Shown here in pieces: positions 8,191-17,852 of a stretch of DNA of 64,000 nt. Source of the DNA: Coriobacteriia bacterium (GTDB lineage: Bacteria; Actinomycetota; Coriobacteriia; Anaerosomatales; JAAXUF01). Where the stretch lies: positions 79,946 through 143,945 of the forward strand of contig JBBRSD010000008.1 in assembly GCA_038245725.1 (NCBI GenBank), in the 5' to 3' direction. The first letter of the stretch is position 1, and every line of letters starts with the position of its first letter. The notes beneath the pieces are model-generated. The model worked only from the letters and a program-made list of their open reading frames with translations, ran no database searches and had not been told where the DNA came from. The position numbers and the translations under genes were made by a program.

Positions 8191-10452
8191 CTACCCCTCG
8201 CGAAGCTCCTCGCTTGCGAACTCTCCCGCGACGAGCCGCTCGAGCGTTGGCTCGAACGCGCCAGCCAGCTTCTCGACGCTGACGTCGAGCCGCTCGCATA
8301 TCTTAAGCGAGTCGCCGCCGACGGTGCCGATGACGCCGTAAGGCACGTCGTGCTCGAGCAGGATCGTCACGAACTGCTCGGCGTCGGTGTCTGCGACCGT
8401 GGCGACGATGCGCGACTGCGTCTCGCCGAAGAGCGAGGCGGTCGGGTGCAGCCCGTCGTGGAGGTGGACGTCAGCGCCGATGCGGCCGGCGATGCAGCTC
8501 TCGGCGAGGCTGACCGCGATGCCGCCTTCGGAGCAGTCGTGCGCGGACTTGATGATGCCGGCGCCGATCGCCTCGCGGACGGAGCCCTGCACGTCGCCCT
8601 CGAGACCGAGGTCGAGCGCCGGCGGACGTCCGGCCACCATGCCATGCGCGACCTTGAGGTACTCGCTGCCGCCAAGCTCCTCGAGCGACTCGCCGATGAG
8701 GAACACGACGTCGCCAGCGTCCTTGAACGACGCAGTGGCGTGCTTGGTGACATCGTCCATCACGCCCACGAGGCCCACTGTGGGCGTCGGATAGATGGGA
8801 GAACCGAACGACTCGTTGTAGAAGCTCACGTTTCCGCTGATGACCGGGATGCCCCACTCCTTGCACGCGTCCGCGAGGCCGCGGATCGACTCGTAAAACG
8901 TCCAGAACACCTCGGGCTTCTCGGGATTGCCGAAGTTCAGGCAGTCGGTGATCGCGGCGGGGGTGCCACCGGCGCACGCGACGTTGCGCGACGCCTCGGC
9001 GAGCGCGATCTGCGCGCCCACGTACGGATCGAGGTAGCAGTACCGCCCGTTGCAGTCCGAGGAGACCGCGATGCCGCGGCCCTCGTCGCCGATGCGCAAC
9101 ACGGCCGCGTCGCTGCCGGGCAGCACCACCGTGTTGAGGATGACCTGATGGTCGTACTGCTCCCATATCCAGCGCCGCGAGCAGATGTTCGGGCTCGCGA
9201 GCAAGCGCAGGAGCGTCGCGCCGAGGTCAGCCGGCTCGGTGGGGAGCGCAAGGGTGAGCGGGTCGAACGCCTGCACCTCGTCGAGGTAGGCCGGCCGGGT
9301 CATCGCGGGGTCGTAGATGGGCGCGTCGTGAGCGAGCGTGGAAGCTGGCATGTCGGCGACGATCTCGTCGCCTTCGCGGACTACGAAGCGCTCGGTGTCG
9401 GTGACGGTGCCGATGACGGTGGAGCGCAGGCCCCACTTGGTGCAGATGGCTTGCGCGGCCTCAAGGTTACCCGGCTCGACGACCGCGAGCATGCGCTCCT
9501 GCGACTCGCTCACCATGAACTCGAACGCCTTCATCTCGTCCTCGCGCGCCGGAATCTTCAGCACGTCGATGTCGAGCCCGACGCCACCACGCGACGCCAT
9601 CTCGCTCGCCGAACTGGTCAGCCCCGCCGCCCCCAGGTCGCCGAGACCCACGAGCAACTCCTGGCCGAGCAGCTCGAGGCACGCCTCGATGAGCAGCTTC
9701 TCCTCGAACGGATCGCCCACCTGTACGGCCGGACGCTTGTCCTCGGCACGCTCGTCGAATTCCTGGCTCGCGAGCACGGACGCGCCGCCGATCCCGTCTC
9801 GGCCGGTCGTGGAGCCGATGAGCAGCACGAGGTTGCCGGGGCCGGCCGCAACCGCGCGGATGATCTCGTCCTCGCGCATGACGCCGAGCGACATCGCGTT
9901 GATGAGGCAGTTGCCCTCGTAGGCTTCCTCGAAGTAGACCTCGCCGCCCACGGTGGGCACGCCGAGGCAGTTGCCGTAGCCGCCAATACCGGCGACCGCT
10001 CCTTCGAAGAGGTAGCGCTGACGGGGCTTGTCGAGCGTGCCGAAGCGCAGCGAGTTCAGCGATGCGATGGGACGGGCGCCCATCGTGAAGATGTCGCGGA
10101 TGATGCCGCCGACGCCGGTCGCCGCGCCCTGGTAGGGCTCGATGGCGCTGGGGTGATTATGGGATTCCATCTTGAAGGCGACAGCCCAGCCGTCGCCCAC
10201 GCCGATGACGCCCGCGTTCTCGCCGGGGCCCTGCAGCACGTGCGGGCCGGACGTGGGAAACATCCGCAGCGCCTTGCGCGAGTGCTTGTAGCTGCAGTGT
10301 TCGCTCCACATGAGCGAGTACATGTAGAGCTCGGTAATGGTGGGCCTGCGGCCGAGGATCTCTACGACTTTCTCGTACTCATCGGGCTTGAGGCCAAGCT
10401 CCACGGCAAGTTTGGGGGCGAGGTCTTCGGCAAGCGGCTCGATGGTGATCAC
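8191..10452 (-). CDS. purL: Phosphoribosylformylglycinamidine synthase subunit PurL
   Basis: PurL-type sequence throughout (SEHCSYKHS, ESHNHPS, GRDGIGGAS). I place the start at GTG (V23 of the track ORF), 5 nt after AAGGAG. The 22 upstream codons are Pro/Cys-rich and not PurL-like. Confidence 0.93.
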   Translation of the reverse strand: MITIEPLAEDLAPKLAVELGLKPDEYEKVVEILGRRPTITELYMYSLMWSEHCSYKHSRKALRMFPTSGPHVLQGPGENAGVIGVGDGWAVAFKMESHNHPSAIEPYQGAATGVGGIIRDIFTMGARPIASLNSLRFGTLDKPRQRYLFEGAVAGIGGYGNCLGVPTVGGEVYFEEAYEGNCLINAMSLGVMREDEIIRAVAAGPGNLVLLIGSTTGRDGIGGASVLASQEFDERAEDKRPAVQVGDPFEEKLLIEACLELLGQELLVGLGDLGAAGLTSSASEMASRGGVGLDIDVLKIPAREDEMKAFEFMVSESQERMLAVVEPGNLEAAQAICTKWGLRSTVIGTVTDTERFVVREGDEIVADMPASTLAHDAPIYDPAMTRPAYLDEVQAFDPLTLALPTEPADLGATLLRLLASPNICSRRWIWEQYDHQVILNTVVLPGSDAAVLRIGDEGRGIAVSSDCNGRYCYLDPYVGAQIALAEASRNVACAGGTPAAITDCLNFGNPEKPEVFWTFYESIRGLADACKEWGIPVISGNVSFYNESFGSPIYPTPTVGLVGVMDDVTKHATASFKDAGDVVFLIGESLEELGGSEYLKVAHGMVAGRPPALDLGLEGDVQGSVREAIGAGIIKSAHDCSEGGIAVSLAESCIAGRIGADVHLHDGLHPTASLFGETQSRIVATVADTDAEQFVTILLEHDVPYGVIGTVGGDSLKICERLDVSVEKLAGAFEPTLERLVAGEFASEELREG

Positions 10453-10599
10453 AAAGGCTCCTTGGGGAGGGCTCGGCGGATAGGGACATGGTACCGCAAC
10501 GCAGGTCGGTCTCGGCACCGCTTTCCCGGAGGATCAGCACCTCGTTTTGGCGTTCAGGAGCGGTCCCTCCGCCCCCAAGCGTGATGAGGTCGCCGGGGC

Positions 10600-11007
10600 T
10601 CACTCTCCTCGTGAGGACTCTCTCACGGGCACGCTCTCGGGCTCGATCGTGTCGCCACCGTCGGCGAGAAGCTGCGGCTCCTCGTCCGGCTCGGCTACGG
10701 CCTGCTTCGGATACACGATGCGCAACAGATACGCCGCCTGCTGCGCCAGCGCGAGCGGGGTGCAGAGCACCACGATGCCGGTCAGCGCGATGGGGATCGC
10801 GTTGAACTGGCCGAACACTATGAGCACGAGGTATGCGGCCTGCGGCGCGAGGTACCACCAGCGGACGCGTTGGGTCGGGCGCGGGCCACCGAACCACGAG
10901 CTGCGCACAACGTCGATGACGACGAAGGCGGCGAGCATCCCCGCGAGGAACAGCACACTGACGAGGATCCAGAACAGCGGCCCGCCGATGCCTACCGCGA
11001 AGCCCAT
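10600..11007 (-). CDS. Small membrane protein (about 4 TM) between purQ and purL
   Basis: 135-aa reading frame starting at an ATG 2 nt after the purQ stop. The sequence is strongly hydrophobic (MGFAVGIGGPLFWILVSVLFLAGML...). The rest of the 252-aa track ORF is Arg/Ser-rich shadow over purQ. Confidence 0.55.
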   Translation of the reverse strand: MGFAVGIGGPLFWILVSVLFLAGMLAAFVVIDVVRSSWFGGPRPTQRVRWWYLAPQAAYLVLIVFGQFNAIPIALTGIVVLCTPLALAQQAAYLLRIVYPKQAVAEPDEEPQLLADGGDTIEPESVPVRESSRGE

Positions 11008-11008
11008 G

Positions 11009-11707
11009 TCAGCCAGCGACCTCGGCGAGGCGCTGCACGATGGTCGTGAAGAACGGCTGTCCGTCGGTTCCGCCAGTGATCGGGTCGACCACGCGCTCCG
11101 GATGCGGCATGAGGCCGAAGACGTTGCCGCGCTCGTTGCAGATGCCGGCGATGTCGTCGAGCGAGCCGTTGGGCGCGCTGCCGCCAGGCGCGGTCGAGCC
11201 GTCAGCCTCGACGTAGCGCAGGACGACCTGGCCGTTGGCGTTGAGGGCTGCGAGCGTCTCGGCGTCGCACACGAAATTGCCCTCGTTGTGGTTGATCGGA
11301 ATCTGGATGACGCTGCCTGCCTGGGTGTCGACCCACTGGCAAGCGCTCTCCTCGACACGCAGGTTCACGGTCTTGCAAATGAACTTCAGGCCGCGGTTCC
11401 GCAGCATCGCGCCCGGCAGCATGTGCGCCTCCGTGAGGATCTGGAAGCCGTTGCAGATGCCGAGGACCGGCCCGCCCTTCTCGGCGAAGCGGACGACTTC
11501 GGCCATCACGGGGCTGAAGCGCGCCACGGCGCCGGTGCGGATGTAGTCGCCGTAGGAGAAGCCGCCCGGCAGCACGATCGCGTCGAAGCCTGAGATATCG
11601 GTGTCGCCGTGCCAGATGTACTCGCTCTCAAAGCCGAGGTAGTGCGTGGCCCGGATGACGTCCTGCTCGCAGTTGGAGCCCGGGAAGATCACGACGCCAA
11701 AGCGCAT
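11009..11707 (-). CDS. purQ: Phosphoribosylformylglycinamidine synthase glutaminase subunit PurQ
   Basis: MRFGVVIFPGSNCEQD start after GGGGAGG. Catalytic GICNGFQ and the C-terminal MPHPER motif are present. Confidence 0.93.
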   Translation of the reverse strand: MRFGVVIFPGSNCEQDVIRATHYLGFESEYIWHGDTDISGFDAIVLPGGFSYGDYIRTGAVARFSPVMAEVVRFAEKGGPVLGICNGFQILTEAHMLPGAMLRNRGLKFICKTVNLRVEESACQWVDTQAGSVIQIPINHNEGNFVCDAETLAALNANGQVVLRYVEADGSTAPGGSAPNGSLDDIAGICNERGNVFGLMPHPERVVDPITGGTDGQPFFTTIVQRLAEVAG

Positions 11708-11709
11708 CT

Positions 11710-11952
11710 CTACGCCTCCCCGACCAGCTCGATGCGATACTCCTCGATGACCGGATTCGCGAGCAGTTTCTCGCACATCTCCGAGACGACGCTAAGATCC
11801 GCGTCGGCCTCCATGCGGATGTACTTGCCGATCTTCACCTCGTGAACGCCCTCGTAGCCGAGGTTGACGAGCGCGCGCTCGGCGGTAGCGCCGGGCGGGT
11901 CGAAGATGCCCTTCTTATACGTCACGTAGATCTCGTAGCGCGCCATCGTCAT
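11710..11952 (-). CDS. purS: Phosphoribosylformylglycinamidine synthase subunit PurS
   Basis: 80-aa product MTMARYEIYVTYKKGIFDPPG...LANPVIEEYRIELV, located directly upstream of purQ. Confidence 0.88.
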   Translation of the reverse strand: MTMARYEIYVTYKKGIFDPPGATAERALVNLGYEGVHEVKIGKYIRMEADADLSVVSEMCEKLLANPVIEEYRIELVGEA

Positions 11953-11971
11953 CGTCCTTTCGATCGAGCCG

Positions 11972-12409
11972 TTACTCGGCTTTGGGTTCCTTCGGTGTCT
12001 TCCCGGACTTGGCCTGCTGGAAGGCGGCCTTACGAAGCGGGCGCATCTTCGTCCAGTCGATGAAGAACGCGTAGATGATGGCGGCATACGACAACCCCAA
12101 GACGACGCTGTAGGCCGTGCGAGCCCACGGCGTGTGCACGTAGGCGAGTATCCCGTAAGAGATAGCGACGAGTACGATGCCGGCAACGAGGAAGATCCAC
12201 CATTGCTTGCGCACCGCGCGAAACTCCGCCGTGTCCGGATTGCGCATCGCGAGCGCGGAGCCCCCTGACGACTTCGACTTCGCCGACGACTTCGAGCCGC
12301 TGCCTGTGTTCGTCTTGGACGGCTTGGCGGCCGCCGCGGATTTGCGGGTCTTGCCCTCCGGCCCGGTGTGCTTCTGGTAGCGCGCATTCATGGGGCTGCG
12401 TCGTGCCAT
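11972..12409 (-). CDS. Hypothetical 2-TM membrane protein with Lys/Ser-rich N-terminus
   Basis: 145-aa ORF between purC and purS with two hydrophobic helices (WWIFLVAGIVLVAISYGILAY, AYSVVLGLSYAAIIYAFFI). No family recognised. Confidence 0.5.
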   Translation of the reverse strand: MARRSPMNARYQKHTGPEGKTRKSAAAAKPSKTNTGSGSKSSAKSKSSGGSALAMRNPDTAEFRAVRKQWWIFLVAGIVLVAISYGILAYVHTPWARTAYSVVLGLSYAAIIYAFFIDWTKMRPLRKAAFQQAKSGKTPKEPKAE

Positions 12410-12417
12410 GTGGAGAG

Positions 12418-13305
12418 TTACGCCTTCCCTTCCGGGATGAACGTGCGGCCGGTGATGAGCTCGTATGCCTGGATGTACTTAGCGGAAGTGGCTTCGATCA
12501 CGTCGGCGGGTAGCCGCGGCGCGGGTGCTGTCTTGTCCCAGCCGCTCGCTTCGAGCCAGTCGCGGACGAACTGCTTGTCGAAGCTGGGCTGGCTCTTGCC
12601 GGGCTCGTAGGTGTCGGCGGGCCAGAATCGGCTCGAGTCCGGCGTCAGCACCTCGTCGACGAGGGTGACTTTGCCGCCAATGAGTCCGAACTCGAACTTG
12701 GTGTCCGCGATGATGATGCCGCGCGTGGCCGCATGATCCCGCGCCGCCGAGTAGACCGCGAGCGACTTGGTCCGCAACTCCGTCGCCGGCCCTTCGCCGA
12801 TACGTTCGGCCATGCGCTCGAAGCTGATGTTCTCGTCGTGGTCGCCGATGTCAGCCTTCGTGCTGGGCGTGAAGATGGGCTCCTCGAGGGGGCTGCTCTC
12901 CACGAGGCCGGCCCGCAGCGGAATGCCGCACACGGTTCCCGCGCGCTGGTACTCCTTGAGGCCGGAGCCTGCGAGGTAGCCGCGCACGATGCACTCCACC
13001 GGGAAGACGGTCGCCTTCTTCACGAGCATGAATCGGCCCGCGAGGTACTCCGCGTGCGGCGCGAACCGCTCAGGAAGATCGGCGACGTCGGCCGAGATGA
13101 GGTGGTTCTCGACGACGCCGGAGAGCAGCTCGAACCAGAAAAGCGAGAGCTTCGTGAGGACCTCGCCCTTGAATGGTATCGGGTCGTCGAGGACGACGTC
13201 GAAAGCGCTGAGGCGGTCGGATGCGACGAGCAAGAGCCTATCGCCGAGGTCGAACAGGTCGCGGACTTTGCCCTGCGAATCGGGCGTCAGCGGGGAAATC
13301 GGCAC
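12418..13305 (-). CDS. purC: SAICAR synthase
   Basis: GKVRDLFDLGDRLLLVASDRLSAFD, IIADTKFEFG and FDKQFVRDW motifs. Start placed at GTG (V86 of the track ORF), 6 nt after GGAGGAG. Confidence 0.92.
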   Translation of the reverse strand: MPISPLTPDSQGKVRDLFDLGDRLLLVASDRLSAFDVVLDDPIPFKGEVLTKLSLFWFELLSGVVENHLISADVADLPERFAPHAEYLAGRFMLVKKATVFPVECIVRGYLAGSGLKEYQRAGTVCGIPLRAGLVESSPLEEPIFTPSTKADIGDHDENISFERMAERIGEGPATELRTKSLAVYSAARDHAATRGIIIADTKFEFGLIGGKVTLVDEVLTPDSSRFWPADTYEPGKSQPSFDKQFVRDWLEASGWDKTAPAPRLPADVIEATSAKYIQAYELITGRTFIPEGKA

Positions 13306-14615
13306 TGAGGGCTCCTCCAGGGGTCGTGTGGCGAGAGAGCCGGCCCAGGGAGCGATGTAGGCGAGAGGGGCACGGCGGTACGCCGCCATTGTAGGCGAAG
13401 CGGGAGGCCGGGGCGAGGGCTGCGCGCGTCGGCGAGCGGGTCGGATGGCGCTCCGCCCATCATGCGCAGCATCTGCATCCCGCCGGTCGCGAAGAACCGC
13501 CACACGAGCACGGCGGCCAACGCCAGAAATGCGATGTTGAGCACCGTGGTGTAGTTCCACGTGATCGAAGCTTCAACGACCGTTGCCGCTCGCTCGGTCG
13601 GGATGAGGCCCAAAACGCCGAAGACGATCTCGATGAAATACCCCGCAAGTACCATCGCCGCGTAGAACACGGCTGTCAGCATCAGCGTCATCTTCACGCC
13701 GTAATACTTCCTGTAGATGTTGATGATCGGGAGGATGAGCAGGTCAGCGTAGATGAAGCTCATCACGCCGCCGAAGCTGATGCCGCCGTTCCAGAGCACG
13801 GCAGCGAGCGGCACGTTACCGATCGAGCATACGAAACTCAGGATCGCGACGATCGGGCCGATGATCGGACCCCAGATGGCCGACCAGATGCCGTGGCCCT
13901 CGAAGAAGAAGCGCTGCCAGAACTCCATCGGCACCCACGCAGCAATCGCGCCCGCGATGAGGAGTCCGACGACGATGTCGCGCAACACAGCCGCCCACTC
14001 CATGACGAAAACTCCCGACACCGCGGTGAACCCCTCTGGGGAGAAGAGGCGCTGCCAGATCGTGCCGTCGCCACCCACGCTCATGTCCATCGCGGCGTGG
14101 CCCTCCATCGAGCCAGCCTCGCCCTTGTTCGCCTGCGCCAGCGCCTCCGCGACAAGCCGATCACGCAAGAAGAATCGGAACAGAGCGGCGATGATGACGA
14201 TCATCACGACCCCGCCGATGAATTCGGCCAAGGTGAACTGCCAGCCCAGCAGCAGCCAGATGATGATGCCGAGCTCGATGACCAGGTTGGTCGAAGCGAT
14301 CTCGAACGCCATCGCGGCAGTGAAGGTCGCGCCCTTTCGGAACAGCGAGCGCGCCAGCGCAACCGCTGCGTACGAGCACGAGGAGGATGCCGCGCCAAGC
14401 AGAGTCGCCGTGACGAGCGTCTTGGGCGAGTCTTCGCCAAGCGCACGCTCAATGTCTTGCTTGCGCACGACGGCGCGGACGACCGCCGAGAGGGCGAACC
14501 CCAAGATCAGCGCCCACAGAATCTCCCACGTCATCGCCGCGCTCATCGAGAGCGCGCGACCTATCTGGCTGAGCAGCGCCACTTCATCGTCCCTGCTATC
14601 GGGGAATCCGGACAT
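13287..14615 (-). CDS. Polytopic permease, UPF0718/ArsP-like family
   Basis: About 10 hydrophobic helices. Contains two Cys-bearing segments typical of this family as I recall it (AASSSCSYAAVA and SFVCSIGNVPLAAVLW). Start taken at MSGFPDS. Confidence 0.7.
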   Translation of the reverse strand: MSGFPDSRDDEVALLSQIGRALSMSAAMTWEILWALILGFALSAVVRAVVRKQDIERALGEDSPKTLVTATLLGAASSSCSYAAVALARSLFRKGATFTAAMAFEIASTNLVIELGIIIWLLLGWQFTLAEFIGGVVMIVIIAALFRFFLRDRLVAEALAQANKGEAGSMEGHAAMDMSVGGDGTIWQRLFSPEGFTAVSGVFVMEWAAVLRDIVVGLLIAGAIAAWVPMEFWQRFFFEGHGIWSAIWGPIIGPIVAILSFVCSIGNVPLAAVLWNGGISFGGVMSFIYADLLILPIINIYRKYYGVKMTLMLTAVFYAAMVLAGYFIEIVFGVLGLIPTERAATVVEASITWNYTTVLNIAFLALAAVLVWRFFATGGMQMLRMMGGAPSDPLADARSPRPGLPLRLQWRRTAVPLSPTSLPGPALSPHDPWRSPQCRFPR

Positions 14616-14746
14616 CTTGTGGATACCCGAGCGGCGCGAACGCGTCCCCTCGAGCCGCCGGCCCAAGCCACGCTACTGATTCACGGACGCTGCGGCCATC
14701 ATCAGTTGCAGCGCGCGACCACTTCCCAGGCGCAGATCGTCACTAG

Positions 14747-14977
14747 CTAGAGGATTGTCCATCCGGTCACGTACAGCACGCCGAGCAGCCCGTGCACCGC
14801 CGCGAGGCCGAGAATCGCGAATGCCGTCCAGCGGTGGACGACCCGGTGCTTCTTGCCCAGCTTGACGACTCGAAGGCCGAGCAACACTTCGAAGATCGTC
14901 AGCGCGAGCAGGATCACGCCGATCGTCAGCATGATCGTGCCGGTCACAGGCATGCCGAGAACCATCGCCAGCTCCAT
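14747..14977 (-). CDS. Small 2-TM membrane protein
   Basis: 76-aa ORF with two clear hydrophobic helices separated by KLGKKHRVVHR. Confidence 0.45.
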   Translation of the reverse strand: MELAMVLGMPVTGTIMLTIGVILLALTIFEVLLGLRVVKLGKKHRVVHRWTAFAILGLAAVHGLLGVLYVTGWTIL

Positions 14978-15080
14978 TCATCACGGGTCACAAGAAGCAT
15001 ACCCGAGGCCGACTCGGCGAACCGTTCGGGGGCGCGGCGCGTCTCAACGGGTACGAACCACGCAGATCCCGGGAGGCATT

Positions 15081-15458
15081 ATGCTCATCCGTCGCACCGC
15101 AATCGCACTGCTCGCGGCCATCATCGCGCTCAGCGCGTTGGCGGTCCTCTCGGGCTGTGCTCCGGTACTGCCCGGCACACCGCCCGGAATCACCGGGTCG
15201 GTCACGAGTTTCGTTCCCGGCGACGAGCGCCCGGCGTCGATGCTGGTCGAGGGGCCGGCACAACCGTCGGGAGCCGTCTCGGACAAGGCGCAGGTCACGA
15301 TCGAGCCCGCCACGATGTTCTTCGACGCGCAAGGCAAGCCCACGAAGGCGTCGTCGATTGTGGTCGGTACGCGCGTGAGGGTGTGGTTCAACGGCGCAGT
15401 GGCGGAGTCGTACCCGGTGCAAGGCTCGGCGAGTGCAGTGCAGATCCTCGGCAATTAG
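15081..15458 (+). CDS. Small lipoprotein (DUF3221/YobA-like OB-fold is a guess)
   Basis: ATG after GGGAGG. Signal peptide with lipobox LSGC. 125 aa. Confidence 0.65.
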   Translation: MLIRRTAIALLAAIIALSALAVLSGCAPVLPGTPPGITGSVTSFVPGDERPASMLVEGPAQPSGAVSDKAQVTIEPATMFFDAQGKPTKASSIVVGTRVRVWFNGAVAESYPVQGSASAVQILGN

Positions 15459-15470
15459 CGGGCGGGCGCT

Positions 15471-16979
15471 CTACGCGAGCGGCAGCCGGATCTCGAAGAC
15501 CGTTCCGCCACCTTCTCGGCGACGCGCCTCGATCGTACCGCCGAAGCGCTCGACTATCTCCTTGGTGACCGCGAGCCCGATGCCTAGGCCGCCGCTCGAG
15601 CGCTCGCGCGCTGCGTCGGCGCGCCAGAAGCGCGAGAACACCCGGCCGATGTCTTCCTCGGCGATGCCGATGCCGGTGTCGGCGACCTCGATGAGGCCGT
15701 AGTCGCCGTCCCGCTTGGTGCGCACGTCGACGCGACCACCGGCGGGCGTGTAGCGCGCGGCGTTGGAGAGCAGGTTGCCCACGGCCTGTTGGAGACGATC
15801 GGGGTCGGCCAACACGAAGACGCGGCCCACGATTTCGGCGGACCCCTGGACGTCGACGGTCTCGAGCATGGCCGCATGCGAGTCGAGGGCCGCCCGCACC
15901 GGAACGGCGAGGTCGATGCGACTCGTGCGGAACTGAACCGAGCCGTTCTCGAGCCGCGAGAGCTCGAGGATGCCGCCCGCAAGCCGGCCGAGGCGCACCG
16001 TCTCGTCTCGGACGATGCCGAGGTGCTCCTCGTCGGCCGGCATGACGCCGTCCTGCATGGCCTCGACGGTCGCCTGGATCGCCTGCAGCGGCGTGCGTAG
16101 CTCGTGCGCGACGTCCATCGTCAGACGCCGCTCGAGTTCGCGGTCGGCCTCGATCGAGTCGGCCATGTCGTCGAGCGCCTTGCCGAGAAACCCGATCTCG
16201 TCGAGACCCTCCAGGCCGGTGCGGGCATTATGTTCGCCGCAGCGCAGGGCTTGCGCGGTCTCGGTGATGTTCTCGATGGGACGCGCCAGACGCCGAGAAT
16301 AGACCGCGCCCGCGAACGAGGCGAGCACGATCGCGACGATCGCCGCGACGGCGAGACCCACCAGCGAGCCCTCGCGGAACTTCATGTCTCGCTCGCTCAG
16401 AAGCGCCCCGGCGCCACCGTATGCCCACACGCGCACAGTCCCGATGTCGTGACCGCTGACTATGATGCGCGAGGTCGCCACGTGGCCGTGCGGGTTGAGA
16501 ACGGTCGTGTCGGTGGCGGAGAGACTCGGTAAGGTCGCGCCACCCTGCTGCAGTGCGGTCTGCATATGCCTGCGCATAGTGGCCTCGTCGTAAATCAGCT
16601 GGCCGCTGGGGCTGAGCACCTGCACGCCCACGTTGCTCGTCGGTCCGAGCATCGGGATCTGTCCGATCGTCCGGTAGTCGAATCCGTAGACCGGGTAGTA
16701 CGCGCCGACGATTGCCGCGACACCATCCGAGAACCGCTGAAGGTTGTCTCGGAGATACCGGTCGAACTGGTAGTTCCAGACGACCGCGAGCAGGAGGCCG
16801 GCGAGGATCGCCGTCAGTGCGGCGACGGTCGCGAATGCGAACGCGAGTCGGCGTCCGAAGGTGCGTGGAGCGGCCGAGCGAACCTTGGCGCAGTTGGCGG
16901 CGTCAGTCTCGGAGAGTTCGGCTGCGGCGGTCTCGGCGAGCGTTCCGGCGGGCGGAGGATCCCTGCGAAGCCTAGTCAT
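15471..16979 (-). CDS. Sensor histidine kinase (TM, extracytoplasmic domain, HAMP, HisKA, HATPase)
   Basis: H-box VAHELRTPL, N-box LLSNAARYTP, and G-boxes DTGIGI and GGLGIGL. Start chosen at MTRLRR, which overlaps the response-regulator stop by 8 nt. Confidence 0.88.
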   Translation of the reverse strand: MTRLRRDPPPAGTLAETAAAELSETDAANCAKVRSAAPRTFGRRLAFAFATVAALTAILAGLLLAVVWNYQFDRYLRDNLQRFSDGVAAIVGAYYPVYGFDYRTIGQIPMLGPTSNVGVQVLSPSGQLIYDEATMRRHMQTALQQGGATLPSLSATDTTVLNPHGHVATSRIIVSGHDIGTVRVWAYGGAGALLSERDMKFREGSLVGLAVAAIVAIVLASFAGAVYSRRLARPIENITETAQALRCGEHNARTGLEGLDEIGFLGKALDDMADSIEADRELERRLTMDVAHELRTPLQAIQATVEAMQDGVMPADEEHLGIVRDETVRLGRLAGGILELSRLENGSVQFRTSRIDLAVPVRAALDSHAAMLETVDVQGSAEIVGRVFVLADPDRLQQAVGNLLSNAARYTPAGGRVDVRTKRDGDYGLIEVADTGIGIAEEDIGRVFSRFWRADAARERSSGGLGIGLAVTKEIVERFGGTIEARRREGGGTVFEIRLPLA

Positions 16980-17685
16980 CCGTGCCGCTCTTCGGGACTT
17001 CGAAGCGGTAGCCCACACCATGCACGGTGTAGATGAAGGTCGGTTCCTTGGGGTCGTCGCCCAGCTTGGCGCGCAAGTTCTTCACGTGCGAGTCAATCGT
17101 GCGTTCGTAGCCCTCGAAGTCGTAGCCGAGAACCTTCTCAACCAGCTCCATGCGCGAGTACACGCGGCCAGGGTAGCGCGACAAGGTTGTGAGCAGTTTG
17201 AACTCGCTCGCGGTCAGATCGAGTTCTTCGCCTTTGACGAAGGCCTTGTGGCCGGCGACGTCGATCTCGAGGTCGCCGAAGACAAGGCGGTCTCGCTGCG
17301 GCTCGTTCTCCACATGCGCGCGACGGAGCAATGCGCGGACGCGGGCAACGAGCTCGCGCGGCGAGAACGGCTTGACGAGGTAGTCGTCGGCACCAAGCTC
17401 GAGACCGGCTATGCGGTCCTCTTCCTCGCCTTTGGCCGTGAGCATGATGATCGGAACGTCGGACGCGTTGCGGATCCGACGGCAGACCTCTTCACCCGAG
17501 ACCTTCGGGAGCATGAGGTCGAGTACGACCAGGTCGAACTGGTGCTTCGTGAACAGGTCGATCGCTTCTTGGCCATCGCCCGCAGGCGTCACCCAGTAGC
17601 CGTCGCGTTCAAGATATGCAGCGACTGCATCGCGAATAGTCTTCTCGTCTTCCACGAGCAGGATGCGGCGGGTGTCCCCGGCCAT
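16972..17685 (-). CDS. OmpR-family response regulator
   Basis: ILLVEDE...DLVVLDLMLP receiver domain and a winged-helix output domain (TVHGVGYRF). ATG after GAGGAGG. Confidence 0.92.
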   Translation of the reverse strand: MAGDTRRILLVEDEKTIRDAVAAYLERDGYWVTPAGDGQEAIDLFTKHQFDLVVLDLMLPKVSGEEVCRRIRNASDVPIIMLTAKGEEEDRIAGLELGADDYLVKPFSPRELVARVRALLRRAHVENEPQRDRLVFGDLEIDVAGHKAFVKGEELDLTASEFKLLTTLSRYPGRVYSRMELVEKVLGYDFEGYERTIDSHVKNLRAKLGDDPKEPTFIYTVHGVGYRFEVPKSGTDD

Positions 17686-17852
17686 ACGTGCCTCCTCGGA
17701 TTCATGCGTGCGTACACGCTTCCAGTGCAAATCTTACGACCAAGCCGCGTGGCCTGCCTCTTTTCCACGTAATCTACACCCGCGCGACGGCCTCGTCGGG
17801 GCACTACAAGCGAGGATACCCAACGCCGAACCACCCAGCCCAGAATCCCGCG

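Noticed and set aside
8350-10584. 744-aa ORF on the plus strand, antisense to purL. Similar long antisense ORFs occur at 159..1166, 4751..6058, 17688..19187, 39023..41743, 44866..46158, 46982..48526 and 49824..51725.
   Set aside because: All lie opposite genes with unmistakable family motifs. Their products are Arg/Ala/Gly/Asp-rich low-information sequences with no recognisable motifs. This is the expected behaviour of stop-codon-poor frames in high-GC DNA.
12418-13560. Longer 380-aa form of purC starting at 13560 or at Met58 (13389).
   Set aside because: The extra residues are Arg/Pro-rich and unlike PurC, and they overlap the permease gene. GTG at 13305 has a GGAGGAG site and gives a canonical ~295-aa PurC.
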